This document shows, in pieces, positions 1 to 9,304 of a stretch of DNA of 64,000 nt. Position numbers and translations under genes: made by a program. The DNA lies in assembly GCA_963695555.1 (NCBI GenBank), contig CAVOGR010000007.1:512001-576000 (forward strand), given 5' to 3'. The DNA is from an uncultured Gemmatimonadales bacterium. Its GTDB lineage: Bacteria > Gemmatimonadota > Gemmatimonadetes > Gemmatimonadales > GWC2-71-9. The stretch's first letter is position 1. Each line of letters starts with the position of its first letter. Under the pieces are notes generated by a model that did no database searches, was not told the origin of the DNA, and worked only from the letters and a program-made list of their open reading frames with translations.

Positions 1-1
1 G

Positions 2-133
2 GGCACCTACGAAATCACGGGCACGCTGGACGGGCAGGCCGTCGCAGAAAAGGGTCGTTACATGAGCGCCGTCAAGAAGATGCCCGACGGCTCCATCAAG
101 TTCTACCGGGACATCTGGCACAAGGCCGAATAG
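2..133 (+). CDS. C-terminal fragment of an NTF2/DUF4440-family protein (runs off the window start)
   Basis: Frame 2 reads GTYEITGTLDGQAVAEKGRYMSAVKKMPDGSIKFYRDIWHKAE*, the typical G-(K/R)-Y...DG-W/K...D end of DUF4440 proteins. Confidence 0.7.
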   Translation, partial: GTYEITGTLDGQAVAEKGRYMSAVKKMPDGSIKFYRDIWHKAE

Positions 134-169
134 GGAGCAGGGAGTAGGATGGCAGGGAGTAGTGCAAGG

Positions 170-207
170 AAAGGGGCCGGCGACAGTTCGCCGGCCCCCT
201 TTGTTTG
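170..207. terminator. Bidirectional intrinsic terminator between convergent genes
   Basis: AAAGGGGCCGGCGA-cagt-TCGCCGGCCCCCTTTGTTT hairpin. Confidence 0.8.
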
Positions 208-253
208 ATACCTCCACTCTTCGCCCACTCCCTAGTGTCCGACTCCCGACTCC

Positions 254-1219
254 CTACTCCTTGAGTTTCTTGATCTCTTCCGTCAGCCTCGGCACCACCT
301 CGAACAGGTCACCCACGATACCGTAGTCGGCCACCTTGAAGATGGGGGCATCTTTGTCCTTGTTGATGGCGACGATCACCTTGGCCGTGCGCATGCCGGC
401 CAGGTGCTGAATGGCCCCCGAGATGCCCACGGCCACATAGAGGTTCGGGCTCACTGTCTTACCGGTTTGGCCGACCTGGGCAGCGTGATCGCGCCAGCCC
501 ACATCCACGACGGCGCGACTCGCGCCAACCGCGGCGTTCCCGAGCGCCGCAGCCAATGCTTCGATCAAGGCAAAATTGCCTGGCTCCTTGAGCCCCCGCC
601 CACCCGACACCACGATTGGTGCCTCCGCCACGTCCAGCGCGCCGCCTTCGGGCGCCTTGATGCCGGTCACCTGCACCCGGGCGCTGAAGGAGGGCACCGT
701 GACCTTCTCGACCGCTCCGGCCTTGGAGCTATCCGACGGTGGAAAGGTGTTGGGCCGCACCGTGAGCACGGCCGGCGAGCCTGACAGGCGGAGTTTCTGC
801 AACGCCTTCCCGGCGTACACCGGGCGCGTGGCAATGATGCGTCCGTCTTGGACCTCGAGCCCCACCACATCGGACGCGCAGCCGACCCCCAATCGGGCAG
901 CGACACGGGGCGCGAGGTCGCGACCGGTGGCACTCGCGGCAAACACCACCGCCGTTGCGGCGGCACCCAGCTCGGCGAGCGTGGCCGCTTGCCCATCGGG
1001 ACAATAGCGAGCAAAGTCGGGGTGGTTCGCCGTCAACACCCGGTCGGCCCCACCATTCCCCAGCTTGTCTGCGCCACTGACCTCTCCCGCGGCGAACACT
1101 ACCGCGTCGACCGTGGCGCCGAGCGCGTCGGCCAGCTGGCGAGCGGCAGCGACCACCTCGAAGGAGACCTTGCGGAGAGCACCATCGCGCTGCTCGGTGA
1201 CAGCGAGTATCGCGGACAT
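254..1219 (-). CDS. etfA: Electron transfer flavoprotein alpha subunit
   Basis: VVSGGRG, VGASRAVVD, QVGQTGKTVSPNLYVAVGISGAIQHLAGM motifs. Confidence 0.97.
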   Translation of the reverse strand: MSAILAVTEQRDGALRKVSFEVVAAARQLADALGATVDAVVFAAGEVSGADKLGNGGADRVLTANHPDFARYCPDGQAATLAELGAAATAVVFAASATGRDLAPRVAARLGVGCASDVVGLEVQDGRIIATRPVYAGKALQKLRLSGSPAVLTVRPNTFPPSDSSKAGAVEKVTVPSFSARVQVTGIKAPEGGALDVAEAPIVVSGGRGLKEPGNFALIEALAAALGNAAVGASRAVVDVGWRDHAAQVGQTGKTVSPNLYVAVGISGAIQHLAGMRTAKVIVAINKDKDAPIFKVADYGIVGDLFEVVPRLTEEIKKLKE

Positions 1220-1220
1220 G

Positions 1221-1970
1221 TCAGATTACCTTCGCTTCATTTCGCAGAAGATTGACTAATTCAGGTACCGCATCCGGGCCTTCACCGACGATCTTCCCGG
1301 CCGTGCGTTCGGGTGGAAGCTCGAGTCCGAGGATCTCGATGGTGCCGGCTCCGAGGTCGACCGCTTTGACCTCGAGCGGCTTCTTCTTGGCGGCCATGAT
1401 GCCCTTGAGCGACGGCAGCCGCGGCGTGTTCAGGCCCTTGTCGCAGGTCAGCACGGCGGGAAGTTGGCAAGTCGAGGTTTCCACGCCGCCTTCGATTTCC
1501 CGCTCGGCTTCCACCCTCCCGTCTGCGACTTTCACCCGGGCCAGCGCCGTGATGCACGGCAGCTCGAGCAGCTCGGCCGTCATCGGCCCGACCTGATAGT
1601 TGTAATCGTCCACGGCCAACTTGCCGAACAGAATGAGGTCGAACCCCTGGTCTTTCAGCTCGCCGGCAAGCGCCTTGGCGACCTCCAAGCCATCGGGGCT
1701 CCCGCTGCCCTGGAGGAGCACACCACGATCGATGCCCATGGCAAGCGCCGTGCGGATGGTCTCCTGCGCCGATTCGCCACCGAACGAGTACACCACGGTC
1801 TCGCCCGAACCGGCCGCCTCCTTGAAGGCGATGGCAGCCTCGATGGCAAATTCATCGAATGGATTAGGGACAAACTTGACACCGGCTTCATCGATCGAAG
1901 TGCCATCGGAGCCGATGACGATCTTGGATGTCGTGTCGGGCACGCGTTTGAGGCACACCGCGATTTTCAC
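1221..1970 (-). CDS. etfB: Electron transfer flavoprotein beta subunit
   Basis: CLKRVPD, NPFDEFAIE, ALAMGID, LNTPRLPSLKGIMAAKKKP motifs; adjacent to etfA. Confidence 0.97.
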   Translation of the reverse strand: MKIAVCLKRVPDTTSKIVIGSDGTSIDEAGVKFVPNPFDEFAIEAAIAFKEAAGSGETVVYSFGGESAQETIRTALAMGIDRGVLLQGSGSPDGLEVAKALAGELKDQGFDLILFGKLAVDDYNYQVGPMTAELLELPCITALARVKVADGRVEAEREIEGGVETSTCQLPAVLTCDKGLNTPRLPSLKGIMAAKKKPLEVKAVDLGAGTIEILGLELPPERTAGKIVGEGPDAVPELVNLLRNEAKVI

Positions 1971-2063
1971 GTCACTCCTCCAGACTGCGGATCCCGTAGT
2001 TGACCCCGGAAACGGGGCGTAAAGTAGCCCCGTCCGGGGGAGGTCGCCAGGGTGGCCGCCACG

Positions 2064-3248
2064 CTAGAAGGCGTTCAAACCGGTGATCGCCTGGCCTAGA
2101 ATGAGGGTGTGCATGTCGTGGGTTCCTTCATAGGTGTACACCGACTCGAGGTTGGCCATGTGGCGCATGGCGCCGTACTCGGCCAGGATGCCGTTGGCCC
2201 CGAGCAAGCGTCGCGCCTCGCGGGCGCACTCCGCCGCCATGTTCACGTTGTTCCGTTTTGCCAACGACACCTGGAACGGCGTCATGGTACCACGGTCCTT
2301 GAGTCGGCCCAGCTGAAGCGTCATGAACTGCGCCTTGGTGATCTCGGTCAGCATCTCGGCCAATCGGGCCTGCTGAAGCTGGGTCTGCGCAATGGGTCGG
2401 TCGAACATGATCCGATTCTGAGCGTAGCTCACGGCTTCCTCGTAACAGGCCATTGCCGCACCGATACCGCCCCAGGCAATCCCATATCGTGCCTGGGTGA
2501 GACACATGAGGGCACTCTTGACCCCTGACGACTTGGGGAGGAGCGCGGACGCCGGGACCTTCACGTCTTCCAGGATCAGCTCGCTCGTATCCGACGCACG
2601 CAACGAGAGCTTGCCTTTCTGGTCCCGAGCGCTGAAGCCTGGAGTGTCGGTGGGAACGATGAACCCGCGGACCGATGACGCGTCGGTGATATCCCCGGTC
2701 TTAGCCCAGACGATGGCCACACTGGCCCGGGAACCATTGGTGATCCACATCTTGGTCCCGTTCAGCACCCAGCCGTCGCCGGTCTGTCGGGCGGTCGTAA
2801 TCAGCCCGGCCGGGTTCGACCCATAATCGGGCTCCGTCAGACCAAAACAGCCGACGTCCTCACCGCTGGCCAGCCGCGGCAACCACTGGTCCTTCTGTTC
2901 GTCCGAGCCGAATTGGTGAATCGGGTACATCACCAGCGCGCCTTGCACCGACGCGAAGGAACGCACACCGCTGTCACCGCGCTCGAGTTCCTGCATGATG
3001 AGCCCATAGGCCACATTGTTGAGCCCGGCGCACCCATAACGCTCCGGCAGGTTGGCGCCAAAGAAGCCGAGCTCGGCCATCTGTGGCACCAACGCCTCGG
3101 GAAATTCCCCTTTGACGTATGCGTCCGCGATCACGGGCATGAGGTTCTCGTCGACCCAGGTGCGCACCGTGTCGCGAACCGCCCGCTCCTCCTCGGACAG
3201 AAGCGAGTCCATATCGTAGAAATCGACTCCAGAAAATCTGTTGGTCAT
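2064..3248 (-). CDS. gcdH: Acyl-CoA dehydrogenase, glutaryl-CoA dehydrogenase-like
   Basis: ELERGDSGVRSFASVQ, GCFGLTEPDYGSNP and NLESVYTYEGTHDMH match the glutaryl-CoA DH subfamily; upstream of etfBA. Confidence 0.8.
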   Translation of the reverse strand: MTNRFSGVDFYDMDSLLSEEERAVRDTVRTWVDENLMPVIADAYVKGEFPEALVPQMAELGFFGANLPERYGCAGLNNVAYGLIMQELERGDSGVRSFASVQGALVMYPIHQFGSDEQKDQWLPRLASGEDVGCFGLTEPDYGSNPAGLITTARQTGDGWVLNGTKMWITNGSRASVAIVWAKTGDITDASSVRGFIVPTDTPGFSARDQKGKLSLRASDTSELILEDVKVPASALLPKSSGVKSALMCLTQARYGIAWGGIGAAMACYEEAVSYAQNRIMFDRPIAQTQLQQARLAEMLTEITKAQFMTLQLGRLKDRGTMTPFQVSLAKRNNVNMAAECAREARRLLGANGILAEYGAMRHMANLESVYTYEGTHDMHTLILGQAITGLNAF

Positions 3249-3295
3249 GATGTACTGCCTCAGGAATTTGGAAACGTCCTACACGATGTCACCAT

Positions 3296-3970
3296 TCAAA
3301 TGACAGAATGGGATTGACGGCCCACATGCCGTTCGGCAGCGGGGCGGATACCGACGTCTCGGGCCTTCTGCCGGAAGGTGCGGCCGTGATCGACCCGGTG
3401 GCCCTGTTCCGCCTGCCACTGATGAACCATTTCATGCAGCAGCGTGTGCGTCACTTCCTTCCAGCCGTCGGCCCGCAGATGGCGTTGGCTGATGGTAATC
3501 TCCGTGGCGCGGCCGGTCCTGTTGCTGATGGCAATGTCGCCGAGGCGGCGACGCATCCGACTCGACAGTCTCAGCGCCACGGAACCGAGCTTGCCGTCGA
3601 AATACCGGCCGTTCAGCTCGCGGTGGAGCGCCTCGAGCCGCCGGATGATCGCCGCGTCGCCAGGCCGCGGCGGACTCGCTCGCCGAGCGCGGGAAGGTGC
3701 GTGGAGCTCGACCGGGAAGGTCAGGAGCTCGCGCCGTGCCGCGGCGCGCACGTCGCGTCGCACCCGCGGCGTCACGAACCGAATGATGGCACGCAACACG
3801 CGATCGGAGGCGAAGGCGTAGCCGCGGTGGAGCCGGAGGGCGCCGGCCGGAGTAAGGCTCACCAGCACCGTGCGATTGGTGTGAGTGCTGACCTTGGACG
3901 GGGTCTTCCACCCGAGCGCCGCCAGCCGCTCGGCCAGCACTTCGTCGGGCTCGAGTGCCAGACTCGTCAT
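3296..3970 (-). CDS. SprT-like zinc metalloprotease domain protein
   Basis: TLLHEMVHQW (HExxH) followed by DHGRTF; LNGRYF and SRMRRRLG typical of SprT; start placed at MTSLALE. Confidence 0.85.
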   Translation of the reverse strand: MTSLALEPDEVLAERLAALGWKTPSKVSTHTNRTVLVSLTPAGALRLHRGYAFASDRVLRAIIRFVTPRVRRDVRAAARRELLTFPVELHAPSRARRASPPRPGDAAIIRRLEALHRELNGRYFDGKLGSVALRLSSRMRRRLGDIAISNRTGRATEITISQRHLRADGWKEVTHTLLHEMVHQWQAEQGHRVDHGRTFRQKARDVGIRPAAERHVGRQSHSVI

Positions 3971-4834
3971 CCTGCGTGGCTCTCGGCGGCCGCAGGTAGA
4001 GCCACGGGATGACGCGTGGCAAACGAGTGCGTGTCGGAAAAGCGAAATGTGCCCGCGCCCGATTCCCACCGCACGAACTGCACGTGCACGGCTTGGTGGT
4101 CCACCTTGATCACATTGAACACCGATGGCCTGCCACCCCGCATGCGGGTGCTCAATGTGCCGGTCGTGCTGATGGTGAGGCCGCCGTCCAACTGATCCGC
4201 TCCTTCTTGATGATCGTGGCCGCACAAGACGAGATCGGCGCCGGTGGCCACGAGCCGCCGGTGCGCCTCGGGCCAGCGGGCGAGACCCATGCGCTGGGAA
4301 AGTTGCCCACGCATGATGTTGTGATGCAGGACGATCACCTTGAAGACGTCGTTGCCGGCCTGGGCAAAGAGTTTGGCGACCCGGTCGGTCTCGGACTTTG
4401 GCAGGTGACCCTTTACCGCGAGGTCTCGTAGGTTCGGCGTCAGCGAGCCCACCGCGACGCCATAGGCCGTGAGCGCCCCGGCCAGAAACAAACCGGGCAG
4501 CTCGAGGGTCGGCGTCAACTCCTCGCCGAAATACTGCCGGTACTTTTCATACTTGGCGCGGGGGCCGGCAATGCTAAAAGGGCTCCGCCACCAAGTCACG
4601 TCGTGATTGCCAGGCACGACCAAGGTCGGGGCCGTGTCCCGAAATTGCCGCACCAGTGCGCGAGCCCGCTGGAATTCTCCGTGACGGGCCCGCTGAGTCA
4701 GGTCGCCGGAGAGGGCGATTGCGTCGGGCTCGATGGTGGGTACCAGCGGACTCGAGCGCCTCGATCTGCGCCAGATCGGCCACGCCGCCAAAGTGGAGAT
4801 CGGAGAGGTGGACGATGGTGAGGCCCTTTACCAC
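3967..4834 (-). CDS. Metallophosphoesterase (CpdA/Icc-like), frameshifted near 4750
   Basis: HLSDLHFG in one frame; SGDLTQ, PGNHD, VLHHN, LCGHDH in another; removing one base near 4750 joins them. Confidence 0.85.
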
Positions 4835-6177
4835 CGGGCCCTCACCTGATAGGTCAGCGTTGTCTCGCCTTTGGCCGGAACCGGCACCCGGAATCGGGTC
4901 ACGGTGGAGGATACTTTCTCGGCCGGCAGGGAACTCGCGAGTATCGACCATTCCCCAAAGCGTTCCTCCAACACATCGACCGTCACGGCTTGGTCGGTCG
5001 CATTGGCCAACGTCACTTCGTAGTCCGCCGTGGCAACCGTGTAGCGGCCCTGCCTGACCGTGGTGTAGCTGGTCTGGACCCGCTTGGCCGTAATATCAAA
5101 CGCGAGTCCCGCTGATACCGCGACATCGCGGCCCGCCGGCGTATGATCGACGTTGGCCTCGCCAACCAGCTGCAGCCGCCCGCCTTCATCGGCCTGATAG
5201 AGTCGGATCACGCCACCGGGGAGCGGCGTATCACCGAACTCGCTGCCGCTCCTCCGGTCGATCCGGTATCGCACCTCGACCGGTGACTGGGGCTCCTCGC
5301 CGGTCTGTACCAGGGGGCCACGGTACGGCAGGAACCCGCGCACGACGTAGCGTCGCTCGTACCCTGTCGTCGCGGGCTCGAATAGCGCCCTCGATGCCTC
5401 GATTCCCGGCGTCAAGTTCAGTGTTCCGGGCAGGGTGTAGAGATGGAACTCGCCCACCCGCTCCTCGGTCGCAACGCCGGCCACCGTCATCTCCGCTATC
5501 GCGCTCACGTTTCGCCGAAACCGGCCCTCGTCCCGCATCTGAGCCGCGCGACCCACCGAGCCCGCCAGCAGCTGAACCGATGCTCCTTCGACATTCAATC
5601 GGTCGACCGCAACCACGGCCGACCCCTGCACCCGAGCCGCCTTGGCGCCGAGGATCACCTGGTAGCTGGCCTGCCACGATCCGCCCGACGTGAAGTAGCC
5701 CAGATCGAATCCCTCTCTGGCACGCCGGCTCTCGACGCTCAGGGACACGACCGGATCGACCACTACCAAGTCGCGGGGAAACTGCGGCGTCCCCGGCATG
5801 CTGAACGTCACCGTGCCGTCAGGCATTTCGTAGCGCTCGGGATCGACCGCCAGCACCTTGGCGCTCACCGTGTCTTTCACACCCCCGTAGCGAAAGGTGA
5901 TGCGCCGTCCGATGGAACGCCGGAGCACGCTCTGCATGTCGGTCGCGCCGTCGTAGCTCGCGGCGGTGATCGATACCACCGAATCACGCGAAAACAGGGT
6001 GGCGAGGTCGAGCGCGCCGAGTTCGAGGCGATGCGTGGAGGGGCCGCGCGGCACCCGCGCGGGAATCGATCGGCGCACCAGGACGCGGCCGTCGTTGTAA
6101 ATGGTGAGACTCGGGGCCTGGGCCACGGCTGGGGCGGCCAAAGTACAAGCACCGATCAGGGCGGTAAGCAGTCTCAT
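4828..6177 (-). CDS. DUF4139-family secreted protein
   Basis: Signal peptide MRLLTALIGAC...AVAQ, LTIYND N-terminal motif, EFHLYTL, PLPGGVIRLY, NVDHTP, C-terminal TLTYQVRARW. Confidence 0.85.
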   Translation of the reverse strand: MRLLTALIGACTLAAPAVAQAPSLTIYNDGRVLVRRSIPARVPRGPSTHRLELGALDLATLFSRDSVVSITAASYDGATDMQSVLRRSIGRRITFRYGGVKDTVSAKVLAVDPERYEMPDGTVTFSMPGTPQFPRDLVVVDPVVSLSVESRRAREGFDLGYFTSGGSWQASYQVILGAKAARVQGSAVVAVDRLNVEGASVQLLAGSVGRAAQMRDEGRFRRNVSAIAEMTVAGVATEERVGEFHLYTLPGTLNLTPGIEASRALFEPATTGYERRYVVRGFLPYRGPLVQTGEEPQSPVEVRYRIDRRSGSEFGDTPLPGGVIRLYQADEGGRLQLVGEANVDHTPAGRDVAVSAGLAFDITAKRVQTSYTTVRQGRYTVATADYEVTLANATDQAVTVDVLEERFGEWSILASSLPAEKVSSTVTRFRVPVPAKGETTLTYQVRARW

Positions 6178-6455
6178 TTGAAGGCCTCGAATGCAACACG
6201 GGAGATGATGCGGTACATGATGATGTACGTCGCCGCCACGGCGATCACGCCGTAGATCTGGGGCAGCGCGGACGCGCCGCCGCGCGGAATCCGCACCCAT
6301 ACATAGACAGCCATGAGCAAGGTCGCCACCAGTGCTCCACGGCGGGCGATCGTGTTGGACCGCGCTTGGATCTCGTCGCGGCAGAAGACGCAGACGTCAC
6401 CCAACACGGCGCTCGCATCCTTCCGGCCGCATTTGGGGCACGGAATCTCAGGCAA
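6174..6455 (-). CDS. Small membrane protein with N-terminal CxxC...CxxC
   Basis: CPKC and CVFC followed by two hydrophobic helices; TTG start overlaps the upstream stop; stop overlaps the next start. Confidence 0.7.
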   Translation of the reverse strand: MPEIPCPKCGRKDASAVLGDVCVFCRDEIQARSNTIARRGALVATLLMAVYVWVRIPRGGASALPQIYGVIAVAATYIIMYRIISRVAFEAFK

Positions 6456-7464
6456 CCCACTTGGCGACGGCATCGCCAAACTCCTTGGTTGTGGCGGTAC
6501 CGCCCAGGTCACGGGTGCGGATGCCGTCCTCGACCAGGGTCCGCTGGATCGAGCGGCGGATTCGGTCGCCGGCGTCCTTCTCGCCGAGGTGATCGAGCAT
6601 CATGGCAGCGGCCAGCATCTGGGCGGCCGGGTTGGCGACGCCTTTCCCCGCGATGTCGGGCGCGCTGCCGTGCACCGCCTCGAAGATTGCGGCCTTGGTC
6701 CCGATGTTGGCACCCGGGGCCAGGCCCAGGCCGCCGACCAGCCCGGAAGCCAGGTCGCTCAGGATGTCGCCGAACATGTTGGTGGTCACGATCACATCGA
6801 ACTGCTCAGGGCGGAGCACCATCTGCATGGCGGTGTTGTCGATGATCAGATCGTTGACCTCGACCCGCCCGGCATAGTCTTTCGCGATGTCGCGGCCGAC
6901 GTCGAGGAAGAGGCCGCTTACCATCTTGAGGATGTTGGCCTTGTGAACGATGGTGACCAACTTCCGGCCTGTCTTGACGGCATACTCGAAGGTGTAGCGC
7001 AGAACACGCTCGCATCCTTCACGCGTGAGGATGGCAATCGACTCCGCAACGGCCCGGGGGTCATCGCCCACCTGCACATAGTGCTCGACGCCCACGTAGA
7101 GCCCCTCGAGATTCTCCCGTACCAAGACCAGGTCGATGTGGTCGAACCGGCCACCCGGCAACACGCTCTTGGTGGGCCGCACGTTGGCGAACAGCTTGAA
7201 TTCCTTCCGAAGAGCCACGTTGACCGAGCGGAATCCAGTACCCACCGGCGTTGTGAGCGGGCCTTTGAGCGCAATCCGGTGCTGATGAATGCTCTCGAGC
7301 ATGGCATCGGGAATCGGGGTGCCCATGGTTTCGAGCGCGGCAATGCCGGCAATCTGCTCGTCCCAGGCAAAGGGCACGCCGGTGGCCTGCAGCACCTTGA
7401 TGGTCTGGGCTGTGATCTCGGGCCCGATCCCATCCCCGGGAATCAAGGTGACGGTGTAGGTCAC
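6448..7464 (-). CDS. Isocitrate/isopropylmalate dehydrogenase family, NAD-type isocitrate dehydrogenase-like
   Basis: [50 protein letters not shown]. Confidence 0.9.
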   Translation of the reverse strand: MTYTVTLIPGDGIGPEITAQTIKVLQATGVPFAWDEQIAGIAALETMGTPIPDAMLESIHQHRIALKGPLTTPVGTGFRSVNVALRKEFKLFANVRPTKSVLPGGRFDHIDLVLVRENLEGLYVGVEHYVQVGDDPRAVAESIAILTREGCERVLRYTFEYAVKTGRKLVTIVHKANILKMVSGLFLDVGRDIAKDYAGRVEVNDLIIDNTAMQMVLRPEQFDVIVTTNMFGDILSDLASGLVGGLGLAPGANIGTKAAIFEAVHGSAPDIAGKGVANPAAQMLAAAMMLDHLGEKDAGDRIRRSIQRTLVEDGIRTRDLGGTATTKEFGDAVAKWVA

Positions 7465-8108
7465 GGCTCCATCCCCCGAATCGGTAGCATGGCATCCATG
7501 GCCGCTTCGAGCGCCGCCACCGGTGTGCCGGCCTGGGCGTGTGCAATGGTGCGCCACAAGATCTGGCCCGATCGCGCGTCGACCAGCACGATACTCAGCT
7601 CGGCCCGGACCACACCCGGCTCGGGTTGTTTGAACATGAGAGCCGCGGGGACGAGCGCGTGCCGGCCGCCGGAGATCGCCACGAGCGTCCGCAAGTGCGA
7701 GCGGAACGGATCGGGAATGACCTCGAGCCTGGGGGCACGCATCACGGCCTGCCCCATCTTGTCGGGATCGGTGACGACGCCCGGGGAACGGCGGGCGATG
7801 GCGCGCAGGTCGGGTGGGAGTTTCCAGTCCACTTCCGGCGACCTCGCCGTGAGCTTCTCGCCCACGATCGAATCGGCCCAGTTCAGGAGCACGGTCCGGT
7901 TGCGGAACAACTCACCGCTCGAGAGGGTCGAGTCGGCCACGATCAGGGTCAGGGGCAGGACAGCGATGGATTGTCCGGCGAGCGACTCGGTCCCGAGCCC
8001 AATGGTCGGCGGGAGGGAGTCGGCCGGCGCCGGTGTTGTCTCGGAGCGTTGCCCGCCACCGCAACCCACGGCCACGAGGAGCGCTGGGTAGAGCAATTTC
8101 TGGTTCAC
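7461..8108 (-). CDS. Hypothetical lipoprotein
   Basis: GTG start, lipobox-like AVGC, C-terminal VLVDARSGQILW as in CsgG/LpoB-like folds; overlaps the idh start. Confidence 0.7.
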   Translation of the reverse strand: MNQKLLYPALLVAVGCGGGQRSETTPAPADSLPPTIGLGTESLAGQSIAVLPLTLIVADSTLSSGELFRNRTVLLNWADSIVGEKLTARSPEVDWKLPPDLRAIARRSPGVVTDPDKMGQAVMRAPRLEVIPDPFRSHLRTLVAISGGRHALVPAALMFKQPEPGVVRAELSIVLVDARSGQILWRTIAHAQAGTPVAALEAAMDAMLPIRGMEP

Positions 8109-8157
8109 GGATCCCCGGCAGCTGAATGAAGTGGGCCGGCCCCAAGAAAGGGCCACC

Positions 8158-8174
8158 GTAACTCATGAAGTTAC
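8158..8174. promoter_or_regulatory. Palindromic candidate operator GTAACT-N5-AGTTAC
   Basis: Perfect 6-bp inverted repeat in an AT-richer intergenic patch 50 bp upstream of the lipoprotein-idh operon. Confidence 0.4.
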
Positions 8175-8187
8175 AACATGTTCGTTC

Positions 8188-8333
8188 GGGGCAGCAGGGC
8201 TCTCGCCGCCGCAATGCGAAGCGGCCCGGAACCTAATCTCGGCGGGGGTGGATTCAAGATGGGGCGATGCTGGTCCCCACATCTCGCACCGAGAGAACGG
8301 GAGGCATGCCGGTCCACGACTGGTGCCCCACCA
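8188..8333 (+). ncRNA. Candidate structured ncRNA (unassigned family)
   Basis: GGGGCAGCAG (8188-8197) pairs 9/10 with CTGGTGCCCC (8320-8329), followed by ACCA; nested inner stems; terminator-like hairpin directly after; strand uncertain. Confidence 0.4.
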
Positions 8334-8371
8334 AAGAAGAACGAGCGGCTGTCTCGGCCGCCCGCTCATTC
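8334..8371 (-). terminator. Intrinsic terminator after the SDR gene
   Basis: GAACGAGCGG...CCGCTCATTC stem, with a TTCTTT tail on the minus strand. Confidence 0.6.
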
Positions 8372-8392
8372 GAGGTAAGCCACCGGCGGAGC

Positions 8393-9244
8393 CTACCCGA
8401 GCGACATCCCACCGTCCACCACCAGCGTCTGGCCGGTAATGTGGCGCGCCTCCTCCGAACACAGAAAGGCGATCACCCGGGCGATGTCCTCGGGATCGGC
8501 CAGGCGGCCGAGCACCGACTTCTTCTGGGAACGCTCGACCACGTCCGAGGGCAAGAGCTCCATCCGCTCGGTGCGGATGAATCCGGGAGCCACTGCGTTC
8601 ACGTTCACGTTGGCCGATCCGAGATCGACGGCCGCGGCACGAGTCAGCCCCTCCACCGCGGCCTTGCTCGCGGCGTAGTTGGCCACACCAAACCCCGGAC
8701 GCTCTGCCGTGTGCGCGCTCACGCTCACGACTTTGCCGTAGCGCTGCACTCGGAAGTGCGGCGCCACGGCACGGATACAGTTGAAGGCGCCGGTGACGTT
8801 GGTGTCGAGCACCTCCGACCAGGCGCGCTCGGTCAACCGCCAGAGCGCCCCATCGACTGCGATGCCGGCGTTATTGACCAGGTAATGGAGTCCGCCCAGC
8901 CGGGCGATGGTCTCATTGACGAAGTGTTCGACCGCCAACCGGTCGCGCACGTCGCAGCGACAGGCGTAGACCTCAACACCCATGCCTGAGAGCGACGTCT
9001 CGGTGAGTAACGCCTGCTCGGTGACATCTCGGCCGGGGAGGTCGACAAAGCAGAAAGCCACCTTCGCGCCACGGCGGCCGAGTTCCATCGCGATCGAGCG
9101 GCCAAGGCCGGTGGCTCCGCCGGTCACGATGGCCACTTTGCCGCGGTAGCCCTCGGCGATGGGCTGAGGCTGGGGTTCCTCGAGCGCGGCCTCGCCGGTG
9201 TGTTCCCAGGCCGGGGAGGTGTTGAACTTCTCGGAGAAGGACAT
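8393..9244 (-). CDS. SDR family oxidoreductase, FabG-like
   Basis: TGGATGLG, NNAGI, YAASK, NAVAPGFI, ITGQTLVVDGG. Confidence 0.93.
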   Translation of the reverse strand: MSFSEKFNTSPAWEHTGEAALEEPQPQPIAEGYRGKVAIVTGGATGLGRSIAMELGRRGAKVAFCFVDLPGRDVTEQALLTETSLSGMGVEVYACRCDVRDRLAVEHFVNETIARLGGLHYLVNNAGIAVDGALWRLTERAWSEVLDTNVTGAFNCIRAVAPHFRVQRYGKVVSVSAHTAERPGFGVANYAASKAAVEGLTRAAAVDLGSANVNVNAVAPGFIRTERMELLPSDVVERSQKKSVLGRLADPEDIARVIAFLCSEEARHITGQTLVVDGGMSLG

Positions 9245-9304
9245 GTGAAGGACCAACCTACCGGCCGCACCGGCCGGCGGCAAGCCGAGCCGGGCGGGCT
9301 GCCC

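Noticed and set aside
6313..8091. 592-aa + strand ORF, and similar long antisense ORFs (10947-12140, 18101-19786, 33895-35337, 40356-41759, 58647-60197)
   Set aside because: Shadow ORFs opposite well-supported genes; expected in GC-rich DNA; no recognisable motifs
8188..8333. Calling the element a tRNA, tmRNA, SRP RNA or HDV-like ribozyme
   Set aside because: No T-loop or D-loop, tag ORF, SRP domain IV core, or consistent P1/P3 pseudoknot could be built by eye
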